From: Octopus sinensis
Lineage: Eukaryota
Assembly: GCF_006345805.1 (NCBI RefSeq)
Contig: NC_043019.1
Span: 10,353,360 to 10,417,359 of the forward strand
Direction: 5' to 3'
DNA: 64,000 nucleotides
Part shown: positions 13,584 through 27,000 of the stretch, piece after piece
Layout of the letters: each line of letters starts with the position of its first letter
Position numbering within the stretch: the first letter of the stretch is position 1
Translations under genes and position numbers: made by a program
The notes under the pieces: generated by a model
Told to the model about the DNA's origin: nothing
The model's input: the letters and a program-made list of their open reading frames with translations, nothing else
Databases searched by the model: none

Positions 13584-13989
13584 CTGTGGAAGAAAAGAGA
13601 AAGAGATTAGAAATCATCACTGACATCATCATCTTCATTTAATGTCCGCTTTCCATGCTGCGATGAGTTGGATGGTTTAACTGAGGACTGATGAGCCAGA
13701 TGGCTGCACCAGGCTCCAATCTTGATCTGGCAGAGTTTCTACAGCTGGATGCCCTTCCTAATGCCAACCACTCCGAGAGTGTAGTGGGTGCTTTTACGTG
13801 CCACCGGCACGAAGGCCAGTCTAGTGTTAGTACTGGCAACAGCCATGCTCAAATGGTGTTTTTACGTGTCGCCTGCAGAGGAGCCAGTCGCTTGAATGTT
13901 GTTTTTCACGTACCACCGGCACAAGTGCCGTGTGTGCAAGTGCATCTATATACATATCTGTGTGTGTGTGTCTTTTTGGAGCATAAATG

Positions 13990-14245
13990 CTAAAAATGTT
14001 AAATGAAGCTGTAGGTCCATCGGTCGAAAGATAGAAACGATACCAGCTGGCATACAGGTTACTCTTAAGTTGGTATGGGTGTCATTGAGATGGGGTTGAT
14101 GTCCAGGAACATCGTCTAGGATTAATAAAACTCTGAATGGCATTTCTTTTGCAACGCAATATTCTTGTAAATTCAGAATATACAACAGTTTGAAAACATT
14201 TCTTGAAGCAATGCTTGAGTCATCCACACTTTCCTGATTAACCAT
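13990..14245 (-). mobile_element. Tigger/pogo (Tc1-mariner superfamily) transposase remnant
   Basis: PFRVLLILDDVPGHQPHL...LRVTCMPAGIVSIFRPMD resembles the DDE_1 motif LLILDNAPGHP...FLPPNTTSLIQPMD. Confidence 0.75.
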
Positions 14246-14787
14246 TTAACATTTAAACTGATCATATTCCGCTAAAATATTCTCCTTTATGTTCAAACTG
14301 ACCAGATCCGGCCTCTCACACCTACCTTACAATGCCATCCCAAACATAAACAATCACATGCCTGTGCCAGTGTCATATAAAGGACACCCATGCCGGTGCC
14401 ACGTAAAAGCACCCAATGTATTCAGTAGAGAGGTTGGTGTTAGGAAAGGCATCCAGCTGTGGAAACCAAGCTGGATCAGACTGGAACTTGGTGCTGCTTT
14501 CCAAAAACCGATACAGCTTGGCACCAATGATGTTGCAATGTAAAATAAAGTGTCTTGCTTAAGAACACTACATACAGCCTGGTCTGGGAATCAAACTCAC
14601 AACCTCGTGATTGTGAGCTTGACGCTGTAACCACTGAGCCATGCACTTTCAGAGCTACGTACACACAAGCAATCTGGCTGGGCACTCCGCCAGTTACGAT
14701 GAACGTTCTAGTTGATCTGTTCAACGGAATAGCCTGCTTGCGAAATTAATATGCAAGAGGCTGAGAATTCCACAGACTCACGTGCCC

Positions 14788-15015
14788 TTAACCCTTTCGT
14801 TACCAACCCGGCTGAAACCGGCTCTGGCTCTGAGTATAAATGTCTTGTTTTCAAACGTTTTGAACTAAAAACTTCCACCAAACCTTAGTCACAATTTATG
14901 TTCCTAACACTAGCTTAATGATGACTAAGTTATTTTACTAAATTCTTTGTTATATTTAAAGAAACTGAAAGAAACACAAAGGATCTCAACAGAAATACAG
15001 TAACGAAAGGGTTAA
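14788..15015. mobile_element. piggyBac-like MITE with TTAA target-site duplication, nested in a SINE
   Basis: ttaa|ccctttcgttac ... gtaacgaaaggg|ttaa: perfect 12-bp TIRs. Confidence 0.85.
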
Positions 15016-17609
15016 AATAGTTGTTAGGGAGATTCAGCGTGACACAGAAATATGACAAGAACGGTCCTTTGAATTACAGGAACAGTTCATTTTTGCCAAG
15101 TAAAGTGAACTGGAGCCACATGAAATAAAGTGCCTTCCTCAAGGACACAATATGTCACTGTGATTCGAACCTACGACCTTACGATCGTAAGCTGGATACA
15201 CTAACCTATTTCTTTACTACCCACAATGTGCTAAACACAGAGAGGACAAACAAGGACAGACAAATGGATTAAGTTGATTATATTGACCCAAGTGCGTAAC
15301 TGGTACTTATTTAATCGACTCCGAAAGGATGAAAGGCAAAGTCGACCTCGGCGGAATTTGAGCACAGAACGTAACGACAGACAAAATACCTATTTCTGTA
15401 TTGCCCACAAGGGGCTAAACACAGAGAGGACAAACAAGGACAGACAAATGGATTAAGTCGATTACATCGGCCCCAATGTGTAACTGGTGCTTAATTTATC
15501 GCCCCCGAAAGGATGAAAGGCAAAGTCGACCTCGGCGGAATTTGAACCCAGAATGTAGCGGCAGACGAAATATGGCTACGCATTTCGCCCTGCGTGCTAA
15601 CGATTCCACCAGCTCGCCACCTTAGACTAACCACTAAGCTACACACTGTCACAAGCTGTCGAACTGGGTGAGAAACAACAAAACAATCTGAAGTGTAAAT
15701 AAAAGTCAAAGCGAGATTGTCGGAGCAGTGGTTGGACTGTTCAAAACGTAAATATAAACACACATGAAGTTGGACTGTTTACAAAGTGGGTGGGACTGAG
15801 ATGTAAATATAAGCGTCAACTTGTACTGTTAGAGGGGGCTGCTGAACTGTTTCATGTATAAAAATATATCAATTTGGACTGTTTACAAGGCCAAACAGAC
15901 TGCAGAAACACAGTTTCATATTCCAGTGGTATTTATATCTCGAAATATTTACACTTCAAGCTGTTACTTGTCCGATTAGGCAGAGTGTGTGTGTGTGTGT
16001 GTGCTAAGTAGATAGATATAGATGTGAAGACACAAACATAGCTGCGTAGTTAAGAGGTTTGTTTCATGACCATATGGTTTGGGGTTCAGTCCTAATGTGT
16101 GGCAGCTGAGGCTAGCTTCTGCTATTATAGCCCCAGGTTAATTCAAGCCTTGTCAGTGGATCTGGTGGACAGATACTGAAAGAGACCTATTTCTTTACTA
16201 CCCACAAGGGGCTAAACACAGAGAGGACAAACAAGGACGGACAAAGAGATTAAGTCGATTACATCGACCCCAGTGTGTAACTGGTACTTAATTTATCGAC
16301 CCCGAAAGGATGAAAGACAAAGTCGACCTCGGCGGAATTTGAACTCAGAATGTAACAGCAGACGAAATATGGCTACGCATTTAGTCCAGTGTGCTAACAA
16401 AGAGACCAATCCTATAAATACATATGTATGTGAAGGCACGTGGCTTAGTGGTTGGGGTCAATCAGCACATGATCGTAAGGGCGTGAGTTCAATTCTCAGT
16501 GGTGGGTTGTGTCCTTGAGCAAGACATTTCATTTTATGTTGCTCCTTGGCTGGCAAAAGATGAGTAGCACTTGTACTTCAAAGGGTCAGCCTTTTCACAT
16601 TCTAAGTCATGCTCAGTCTCCTGAAGGGGTAATATTAAGGGTTTGCATATCTGTGGAGTACTCAGCCACTTCCACATTAATCTCACAAGCAATCTGTTCC
16701 ATTGATCAAATCAACTGGAATGCTCACTGTCGTAAACAACAGATTGCCAGTCAATGTATGTATATGTGTGTGTGTGTGTGTGTGTGTAGGCACATGGCTA
16801 AATGGTTAGGGTGTTACACTCATAGTCAAAGGACTGTCGTTTCACTTCCAGGACCAGGCGATGTGCTGTGTTCTCGAGCAAAACACTTCATTTCACACTG
16901 GTCCAGTTCACTCAGCTGACAAGAAGGAGTAATCCGGTGATGGGCTGGCATTCCATCCAGGGGTGTGAGGAATAAATATACCACAGAATCTGAGAAATCT
17001 ATCAGTAAGGATCTTTGTTCCTTTTTGATATATATAGGTGCAGGGGTGGCTCTGTGGTAAGTAGCTTGCTTCCCAACCACATGGTTCCAGGTTCAGTCCC
17101 ACTGCGTGGCACCTTGGACAAGTGTCTTCTACTATAGCCTCAGGCCGACCAAAGCCTTGTTAGTGGATCTGCGAGATAGAAACTGAAAGAAGCCTGTTGT
17201 ATATATGTATGTGTCTGTGTGTCTAAACATTGACAACTCTAAACCAACCAACTGATCAGCAGATCATCAACCATTCCCAAACCAATTAAGAATTCCTGGT
17301 CATCAGGAAAGAGGAGAGAAAGATAGTCATGAATGCGAATTCTATCAAAGATGAGTAATAAGGGAGTGAATGAGTAATGTACATATATGTATATATCTGT
17401 GTGTGTGTGTGTGTTTCCCCACCACCATTGCTTGACAACTGATGTTGGAGTGTTTACGTCCCCATAACTTAGCGATTCGGCAAAAGAGCCTGATAGAATA
17501 AGTACTAGGCTTACGAAGAGTTAATCCAGAGATTGATCTGTTTGACTAAAGGCGGTGCTGCAGCATGGCCACAGTCAAATGACTGGAACAAGTAAAAGAA
17601 AGTAAAAGT

Positions 17610-17684
<75 letters not shown>

Positions 17685-18155
17685 GCATGTAAAAAGCACC
17701 ATTCAAGCGTGACCAATGCCAGTGTCACCTGACTGGCTCCCATGCTGGTGGTATGTAAAAAAACACCCACTACACTCTCGGAGTGGTTGGTGTTAGGAAG
17801 GGCATCCAGCTGTAAAAACCTTGCCAGATCAGATTGGAGCCTCGTGCTGCCCCCTGGCTTGCCAGTCCTCGGTCAAACCGTCCAACCCATGCCAGCATGG
17901 AAAGCGGATGTTAAGCGATGATGATGATGATATATAACATTATATCCACTAATTGTTGCTTGGCCCCCTAGTCAATCCTGACCAAGACTTTTGATCGAAG
18001 GCATTCCAATGATGACCACCTTGCCTCAGTATATCAGGGACCACGGAGACAAAATATATTCTTCTGTATTTTGTTTGAGGGAGATTTGGCTGCTATTTCC
18101 ACAAGACTGAGAAACCCACCAGAAGCTTAGAAGCTTTCGTTTGTTTATATCTGAA

Positions 18156-18188
<33 letters not shown>

Positions 18189-18277
18189 ATACATACATAG
18201 TCTATTTGTGAAATGTAACTTTCTTCTACACAAGGGAGTGTCTGTATACGTACATAAGCACATGTGAGAGACTCTGC

Positions 18278-18308
<31 letters not shown>

Positions 18309-19779
18309 GTTGCAAAACTGTACGTTTGTGTGCAGCTGGAGAGGAGTCATCCGTCGATCGTTATCAGAAAGAACGAAAGAAGAAACTCTTGCAGTTTATA
18401 GCCTCTCGGTGCAACTGCACTGGAACAGGTGTGAGGAAGAATGTGCCAAGATTCTGCAGCAATTGGCAACAGAGCAGAGCTGCCAGTGTGTGCACAATTA
18501 CCACACAATACGTATGCGTGTGCGTGTATGTATGTATACACACATATATATACAAATCGAACACATCAGTCACACAGTCAGCACATGTTTCATTCTTACT
18601 CAAACAAAAGCCATTATATGGTCATTCAACTTCATAAAAATGTATATAAGTACATACATACAGGCAGGCATGTGTGTATGTGTGTGTGTGTGGTAAGAAG
18701 CTTGCTTCTGAACTACATGGTTCCGGGTTCAGTCCCACTGTGTGGCACCTTGGGCAAGTGTCTTCTACTATAGCCTCGGGCCGACCAAAGCCTTGTGAGT
18801 GGATCTAGTAGACGGAAACTGAAAAGAAGCCCATTGTGTGTATGCATGTGAGTGTGTAAGCGTTTTATGTTTCTGTATATGTGTGTATGTGTTTGTGTGT
18901 GGTGTGTGTGTGTGTGTGCGCATGTGAGTGTATATGCATTTGTGTGTGCTTTTCCTCCTGGTCTGTACATTCCCTCAACTTAGTAGTTCGGCAAAAGAGA
19001 CTGATAGAATAAGTACCAGGCATTACTAAAAAAAATGATCATTATTACTGGGGTTGAGAATTTCAACTAAAATCCTACAAGGTGGTGCCCCAGCATGGCC
19101 GCAGTTTCATGACCAAACCAAGGAAAAAAGTAAAACACACACACACATATACTTGGTTAACTGAATGCAAATCATCAAGGTTGTGTTGGCATCAGGAAGG
19201 GCATCCAGCTGTAGAAACCATGCCACAACAGACAGAGTTTGGACAGCTCCATGGAAAGTGGATGTTAAATGATGAGGGTGATAAATGTATTCTACTCTTT
19301 ATTCATTGGCTCAGGAGATAGATCAGCATCAAGGGAGATAGAAACACGTGTCCCCAACTGTCCCCTTATTTCCAAACAATAAGACAGTTTCTTTCCTTAA
19401 CGGAGTGCCAGCCTTTGGAGAATTGTTGATCCTTCAGGTTATCTTTCCTTATAATAAGAAAATCTTAATTGTTATTTGTGAAACATCCTACAGAGCAGCA
19501 TTTCTCAACCGGGGTTCCGCAAAACATTCCTAGGGGTTCCATGAGAAAGAGTGAGATAAGCTAATGCTAATTTCATGATCGCAATATTACTATACATGCA
19601 CAGCATATTATTGGTTATTGTAATATTTTAATATAGACATCATCCTATCTAACCTATTATGCTATCAAAAAACTATAACAACCATTAGGGATATATTTAG
19701 TGATATCTGTAATTTATCGTCACCCTATATATATATATATATATGATATTTACACACATATATATGATATTTACAAATC

Positions 19780-20945
19780 ATCATCATCATCATCATCATC
19801 GTTTAACGTCCGCTTTCCATGCTAGCATGGGTTGGACGGTTCAACTGGGGTCTGGCAAGCCCGAAGGCTGCACCAGGCCAGTCAGATCTGGCAGTGTTTC
19901 TACAGCTGGATGCCCTTCCTAACGCCAACCACTCCGAGAGTGTAGTGGGTGATTTTATGTGCCACCGACACAGGTGCCAGACGAGGCTGGCAGACGGCCA
20001 CACTCGGATGGTGTTTTTTATGTGCCACCGACACAGGTGCCAGACGAGGCTGGCTGACGGCCACGCTCGGATGGTGTTTTCTTATGTGTCACCGACACAG
20101 GTGCCAGACGAGGCTGGCGGACGGCCACGCTCGGATGGTGTTTGTTACGTGCCTTCAGCACGGAGGCCAGTCGTTGCGGTACTGGCTACGGTCACGTTCG
20201 GATGGTTTTCTATGTGCCACCGGCACTGGTACCACAAGGATACAAATTCCATTGATGTTCATCTATTTTGATTTGGTTCGATTTCATTTGATTTGATTCG
20301 ATTCTCACTTGCTCAAACAGGTCTTCACAAGTGTCACAAGAAGGAAGGTATGCACAGGTGGACTGACTACGTCCCAGGTAGGGGCCACGGATTATGGCTT
20401 CACTAGTCTTGCCGGGTCTTCTCACGCACAGCATACTTCCATAGGTCTCGGTCTCTAGTCATTTCCATGGTGAGACCTAACGTCCGAAGGTCGTGCTTCA
20501 CCACCTCGTCCCAGGTTTTCCTGGGTCTACCTCTTCCACGGGTTCCCTCAACTGCTAGGGATTGGCACTTTCTCACACACCTATCTTCATCCATTCTCGC
20601 CACATGACCATACCAGCACAATCGTCTCTCTTGCACACCACAACTGATGCTTCTTAGGTACAACATTTCTCTCAAGGTACTAACGCTCTGTCGAGTAAGT
20701 ACACTGACATTACACATCCATCGGAGCATACTGGCTTCGTTCCTCGCAAGCTTACGCATGTCCTCAGCAGTCACGGCCCATGTTTCACTGCCATGTAGCA
20801 TAGCTGTTCGTACACATGCATCATACAGTCTGCCTTTTACTCTGAGCGAGAGGCCTTTAGTCACCAGCAGAGGTAAGAGCTCCCTAAACTTTGCCCAGGC
20901 TATTCTTATTCTAGCAGTTACACTTTCAGCGCACCCACCCCCACT
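19780..20945 (-). mobile_element. 5'-truncated RTE-clade LINE: RT C-terminus (20403-20945) plus 3'UTR with ~58-bp tandem repeats and (GAT)n tail
   Basis: ORF ...ARIRIAWAKFRELLPLL...LHGSETW...RRLCWYGHVARM...GRPRKTW is the classic RTE/BovB-like C-terminus, uninterrupted, followed by the 3'UTR. Confidence 0.92.
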
Positions 20946-21792
20946 ACTGATATATATATATATCGGTAGGGGTGCTCCAAAAGGAGTCTCAGGAAGTAGC
21001 GTCCCTGCCTTCATGAGCTAGACTGAAACTGACTTTTAATGTATTTTACATATATAACATCCTTGAGGTTAGAGGAAGGGCATCCAGCTGTAGAAACCAA
21101 GCGAAATCAGACAGGGACATAGTGAAGCTCTGGTCAAACCGTCCAACCCATACCAGCAAAGAAAATGTGTGTATGATGATGATGATGATAAGGAGGATGA
21201 TGACGATGCTTTTCTTAGAAAAGTGTATTGGGTGATACTGCATGTTTTTCCTACTTTCCACAATTACTCTTACAAAAACACTCTTCATCGGGACTGAGCT
21301 ATTATATTAATGCTTGTTTTCTCTGTTACAATAAAAACAATTCTACATTAAACGGAAAGATGACTCAATACATTTCGTAGAGTACATACTTTTAATTTTT
21401 TCTTAACAATAACAGTGTTCGTTAGTGACTTTGAAGTGTTGGTTAGCTTAAGCCACAAGGAATTTAAATGAATTACAGTCGGATGATGGCCTAACTAGCT
21501 AAAACTTCAAAGTCACTGTCAATACTATTCTTGTTAAAGTATAATGTGTGTGGAGGGTGTATGTACGTGTATGTGTGCGTTGAAGTACGATATATTTTTG
21601 TTAAAGTATAATATATATGTGTGTGTGTCAAAGAATAATATATGCTTGCTAAAGCGATATATATATGTGTGTGGAGGGTGTTTGTATGTGTGCATTAAAG
21701 TACAATATATTTTTGTTAAAGTACAATATATATGTGTGTGTGCTAAGGAATAATATACGTGGCGGTGGGTATAATATATGTGTGTGTATGGA

Positions 21793-22058
21793 GTAGAGAA
21801 AATCCAGGCTAAATATATTTCCTGGCTAGCAAAACCTCGGAGGTAGCAATTGTCCAAACGAGGGGTAATCTGCTAGCTACTCATATTTATCAAATCTCCT
21901 GCAAGTCAACGTGGAATCCTTTGACAACAATGTAAACTTCATTTAATTAAGGTATCTTTGGCCAAAGAGTAGCTAACAGATTACGCCTCATTTGGGTAAT
22001 TACTACTTCCTAGGTTCTGCTAGCTACGAAACATATGTAGCATGGATTCCTTCTATAC
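21793..22058. mobile_element. Old foldback/MITE with ~90-bp degenerate inverted arms
   Basis: gctagcaaaacct...gtaatctgctagctactc mirrors gagtagctaacagattac...aggttctgctagc. Confidence 0.7.
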
Positions 22059-23099
22059 TATTCCCTGATTTTGACTGGCTCCTGTGCAGGTGGCATGTAA
22101 AAAGCACCATTCAAGAGTGACTGATGCCAGTGCCACCTGACTGGGACCCGTGCTGGTGGCACATAAAAAGCATCGTTTGAGCATGGTCGATGTCAGTGAC
22201 GCCTGACTGGCTCCCATGATGGCGGCATGTAAAAAGCACCCACTACACTCTTGGAGTGGTTGGCATTAGGAAGGGCATCCAAATGTAGAAACCTTGCCAG
22301 ATCAGATTGGAGCCTAGGGCAGCCTCCCAGTTTGTTAGTCCTCAGTCAAACCATCCAACCAATGCCAGCATGGAAAGCAGACATTAAACGATGATGACGA
22401 TGATATATATATATATATATATATATACACTTTTACACGTTTCAGTCATTTGACTGCACCCATGCTAGAGCACTACCTTTAGTTGGAGAAATCGATCCTT
22501 ATTCTTTGTAAGCCTAGTACTTATTCTACTGGTCTCTTTTGTTGAACCACTAAGTTTCGGAGACATAAACACACCAACATCAGTTGTCAAGTGAAGGTGG
22601 GGGGAGGACAAACACAGACACAAAGACACACATACATATATATATACATACTATATACATGACAGGCATCTTTAAGTTTCCGTCAACCAAATCCACTCAC
22701 AAGGCTTTGGTCAGCCCAAGGCTATAGTAGAAGACACAGTGGGACTGAACCCAGAACCATGTGGTTGGGAAGCAAGCTACTTACCACACAGCCACGCCGA
22801 TGCATGTTGTATAGGCATAACGAGATAAGTGGATGGTGATAAATGGCAAGTTCTTCACACCTGAAGAATGTACCTTCTTACATAAACGAGAAGTTAGCAA
22901 CTTCAAAGCAAGGGCTCATCTGTCTCAGAGATGAAAGACCATTTGGTGGCAGAAGATCTGAAAGTTGAAAGAGCCCTTTCTGTTGGCCATAGATTCAGAG
23001 AGATGTTAACTGATGCTTAAAACAAGAATGAGGAGAAGATAGAAGCATACAACCTAGAACAAAATATAGAATGAAATTGGTAATTTTTTTATTTTATTT

Positions 23100-23640
23100 T
23101 AAGGACAATCTGCTGGAGGCTATGAATCAGGTTTGTGGTTGGTGCAAAGTCCTTGCCAAATGCAGGGTGACATAGTGAAGGCACAATATTGTAGGCGGTG
23201 TCATAACGGTAAAAAAGACACACTGGGGAAAGACTAGAAGAGGATGGCTAGGAGAGAAAGATGCCAAAGTGGTAAAAAAAAGCAGCTAAAAGCCAAGTAC
23301 ACCGAGCAAGGAGAGAGACAGAAATGTATGTGTGTGTGTGTGTTCTGCACATGTTTTGGAATGTGAGGATTGGAGGAATGTGTTCTGGGTTGTTGGAGAA
23401 AATAACGATATGGTTAGGTAGAAGTGTGCACAGGATGATAACAGAACTCTTGTTCTCACTGACACTGATAAGAAATCAGCACTGAAGTGCCATCATGAGA
23501 GGCTGCTGAATGTGGAGAATGCAGAGAAAGAGTACTTTATGTAGACCCAACAGAGGGGCCAGGTATCCAGCTGTATGGTCAACAGAGCAATAAGGGAGTT
23601 GATGGTAGGGAATGAAGCTGGACTATCAGAGATATTTATA
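23100..23640 (+). mobile_element. Old RTE LINE ORF2 remnant
   Basis: Degenerate copy of the 8455-8965 segment (...KCHHERLLNVEN...DPTEGPGI). Confidence 0.6.
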
Positions 23641-23976
23641 ATATCTAATGAAAAAAAGGGAACAGGGTAGTAAGTTCCTTAGCATTTAAAATGGCCATAT
23701 CCTGCCCAAAAATTCTCCTTGTTTTATGACTCAAACCAGCCCAGATCTGGCTTCTCACACCTAACCTACAGTGTCATTCTAACAGTAAACAATCATCATA
23801 ATTTAATATCCATTGTCTATGCTGTCTACCAGATCCACTCACAAGGCTTTGGTCGGCCCGAGGCTATAGTAAAAGACACTTGCCCAAGGTGCTAAGCAGT
23901 GGGACTGAACCCGGAACCATGTGGTTGGGAAGCAAGCTTTTTACCATACAGTCACTCCTGCACCTCTCTTTCTCTC

Positions 23977-24012
<36 letters not shown>

Positions 24013-24176
24013 TATAGGTGCAAGTGTGGTTGTGTGAGAATTTTGCTTCCCAACTACATGGCTCTAGGTTCAGTTCCATTGCATGGCACATGGGACAAGC
24101 GGCTTCTCCTGTAACCCCAAGCTGACCAAAGCCTTGTGAGTAGATTTGGGAGATGGAAACTGAAGGAAGCCCATCT

Positions 24177-24210
<34 letters not shown>

Positions 24211-25011
24211 TTTGTTGCCCTCCACTGCTTGGCAACCAGTGATGGTTTATTTACATCCCTGTAACTTAGCAGTTTGGCAAAAGAGACTGACAAAACAAGT
24301 GTCAGGCTTAAAAACAAAAAGACAAAAAAAATGTACTGGGACCGATTGATTTGAGTAAAAATTCTTCAAGGTGTTGCCCCAGCATGGCCACAGTCAAACG
24401 ACTGAAACAAGTAAAAGATAAAAAAAAAACACATGCCATTGCATTGGTGGTGGTGGTGGTGTCGGCGGTGGAGGGGGAGCATGCGTATATACGTGCATGT
24501 ATGTATGTATGGATGTAGTATCAAGTGCAGCTGTGAGGTATCAAGTGACCATTATGAAGAGGAGGAGGGGGAAAAGTAACAATTGAAAAATTGTGGCATC
24601 TCAGTGCAAGTGCACCGATACAAGGTGGAGAGTTTTGTATCTGGCAACACTGAGCAGAGAGACTGGCAACAGCGGGCAGCTGACGTTGTATGGAATTTAC
24701 TATAGATGTATGTGTGTGTGTGTGTGCGTGTGTGTGTATGGGTATGGGTATACATGAATACATAATGCAATGCTGTGTTGTTAACATTACCTGAATGCGA
24801 TGACATTAGCTGAATGCAACGATGATGTTAATTGCAACGATGATGATGATGATAAGGAGGAGGAAGAGGAGTAGGATTTAACGTTTTTTTTCCATGCTGG
24901 CATGGGCTGGATCGTTTAAGACGTCCAGGCAAGCCAGGGGTCTGTGCCATGCTTCACTGTTTCGTGTGGCATGGTTTCTATGGCTCAAAGCCCTTCCTAA
25001 CACCACCCAAT

Positions 25012-25125
25012 TCACATGTCCTCGGCATTCAGGGTCCATATTTCATGACCATCTGGAATTGCCTCATACAACCTTCCTTTCGTTTGGAGAGAGAAACCTT
25101 TCATGGCCAATCCAGACAAGAATAG
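25012..25125 (-). mobile_element. Short RTE RT remnant
   Basis: KGFSLQTKGRLYEA...HEIWTLNAEDM resembles KGLSLRVKGRLYDA...SETWAVTAEDM at 20.8 kb. Confidence 0.65.
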
Positions 25126-25577
25126 ACAACCTCTTCCCAGAGGTAAAAGTAGGTTTGTACAGAGGACCAACAAACACTCCCTACCTACAGACAAAAAAAA
25201 AATAAATGAAGTTACAGGAGCACTAATTACAATTCAAATCCAAGAAGACTTGAAAGAGAAAAAGATGACCCAGAATGGAGAAATATTGTGGGTCTATGGA
25301 GCATCGGCCCTTGATGATTTTCTTTGCTCTGGGTTGTCACTACTTAAGCTTTTACTCCATAGGTAGTGAAGGGTTAAACTCTTTAGCAAAAGTAACCCAA
25401 ATATTTTCCCTGTTTTCTGTTCAAACTGACTGGATCCGGCATCTTACACCTACCCTTCAATGCCATTCTAAAAATAAACAATCACATCATAAAAATCTGA
25501 AGGCCACAGGTTAATGTGTGATAAACTCAAAACAATATGAATGAATAAGCATTACATTTGATTGGGTAACCTGAATG

Positions 25578-25683
25578 CTAAGGGGTTAAGTAAATAAATA
25601 AGGGGCTAAGTATATAAAGAAGGGGTTAAGTAAATGAATAAGGGGTTAAGTATATAAAGAAGGGGTTAAGTAAATAAATAAGT
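25578..25683. repeat. ~20-bp minisatellite (aaggggttaagtaaataaata / aaggggttaagtatataaag), 5 copies
   Basis: Direct reading; two unit types alternate. Confidence 0.85.
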
Positions 25684-26939
25684 ATAACTGTGGCTAGAGA
25701 CAGACAAATTTGCAAGAGGTACCAGCCCCGGTACATGGAAATGCAAAAACCAGAATAGATACCACAAAGCATTTTGTCCATCATATTTAACAATTCCGCC
25801 CATCTTTGGCCCCTGGTTTGGCACTTTATTTTATTGACCCCAAAAATGAAAAGCACAAAATGACCTCGGAGATAAAGAACTTGCTCAAGCTATTGTGCAG
25901 TGGGGGTTGAATCTGCTACAACAATGTCACAGAGCAAACGTGTTAACCACGAGATCAAGTGTCTGCACAATTGAGGGCTGTGCCAAATATGTAAGAAAAC
26001 CACATTAAGAGACAATGACAGGATTTCTACGCAGGCATGGCTGTGCGGTTAAGAAGCTGGCTTCCCAACCACATGGTTCTGGGTTCAGTCCCACTGCATA
26101 GTACCTTGGGCAAGTCATCATCATTATCATCATCGTTTAATGCCCGTTTTCCATGGTAGCATGGGTGGGACAGTTCAACCGGGGTCTGGGAAGCCAGGAG
26201 GCTGCACCAGGCTCCAGTCTGATCTGGCAGTGATTCTACAGCTGGATGCCCTTCCTAACGCCAACCACTCTGTGAGTGTAGTGGGTGCTTTTTACATGCC
26301 ACCAGCACAGGGGCCAGAGGAGGCTGGCAAATGGCCATGATCGATTGGTGCATTTACGTGTCACTGACATGGACGCCAGTCAGGCAGCGCTGGCATCAGC
26401 CACATTCGGACGGTGCTTTTTATGTGTCACCGGCATGCGTATCTTAACTACAATTTCCATTTGATTTTTATTTTGATGTTGCAGGTTATCAACAACGGAT
26501 GTGTAGGAGAATAAAAAAGAGGATTTCCTGTTGCCCCCATCACACTCATATTTTTACAAGACACCATTCTGCAGGCACCACCACAAGATCCAGCCCTAGG
26601 TGTGGTAGGGTGGCTTGCATTCCTCAATGAACTGGAGAACAAGTGTCTTCTACTATAGCCTCAGCCCAACCAAAAGCCTTGTGAGTGAATTTGGTAGATG
26701 TATGTGTATGCGTGTGTGTGTCTGCCCCCTCCCCCACGCTCGACAAACGGTGCTGGTTTGTTTACGTTCCTTCAAGCTAGCGATTCGGCAAAAGACACCG
26801 AAACAATAAATACTGGGTTTTCTTTTTCAAAACAAAAATAAGTACAGGGCTGATTCGTTGAATTAAAACTCTAGGTGGTGCCTCAGCATGGCCGCAGTCT
26901 AATGACTGAAACAGGTAAAAGATACAAGACATTGGGTTA

Positions 26940-27000
26940 CATGTTGTTCGTCTAACTTTTCGATTTCGTTTTTCGGAGATTTCTTCCGGTCGTAATTTTG
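26940..27000 (-). promoter_or_regulatory. Candidate DCTN6 promoter / first-exon region
   Basis: Local CpG cluster with an ETS-like ACCGGAAG on the minus strand and a weak donor caacat|gtaacc. Lies between the end of the upstream gene and DCTN6 exon 2. Confidence 0.3.

Noticed and set aside
19153-19175. ATG-containing phase-2 mini-exon (MICIQLTN) as DCTN6 exon 1
   Set aside because: Weak donor (gtatat), no similarity to DCTN6 N-termini, and wedged between SINE fragments.
19392-19411. Plus-strand U12 branch-point-like TTCCTTAAC followed by AG (also at about 12596-12615)
   Set aside because: Wrong strand for DCTN6, no matching plus-strand U12 donor or exon, and such an 8-mer can easily occur by chance in 64 kb of AT-rich DNA.
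25578-25683. Interstitial telomere
   Set aside because: The unit is a ~20-bp minisatellite, not tandem TTAGGG.
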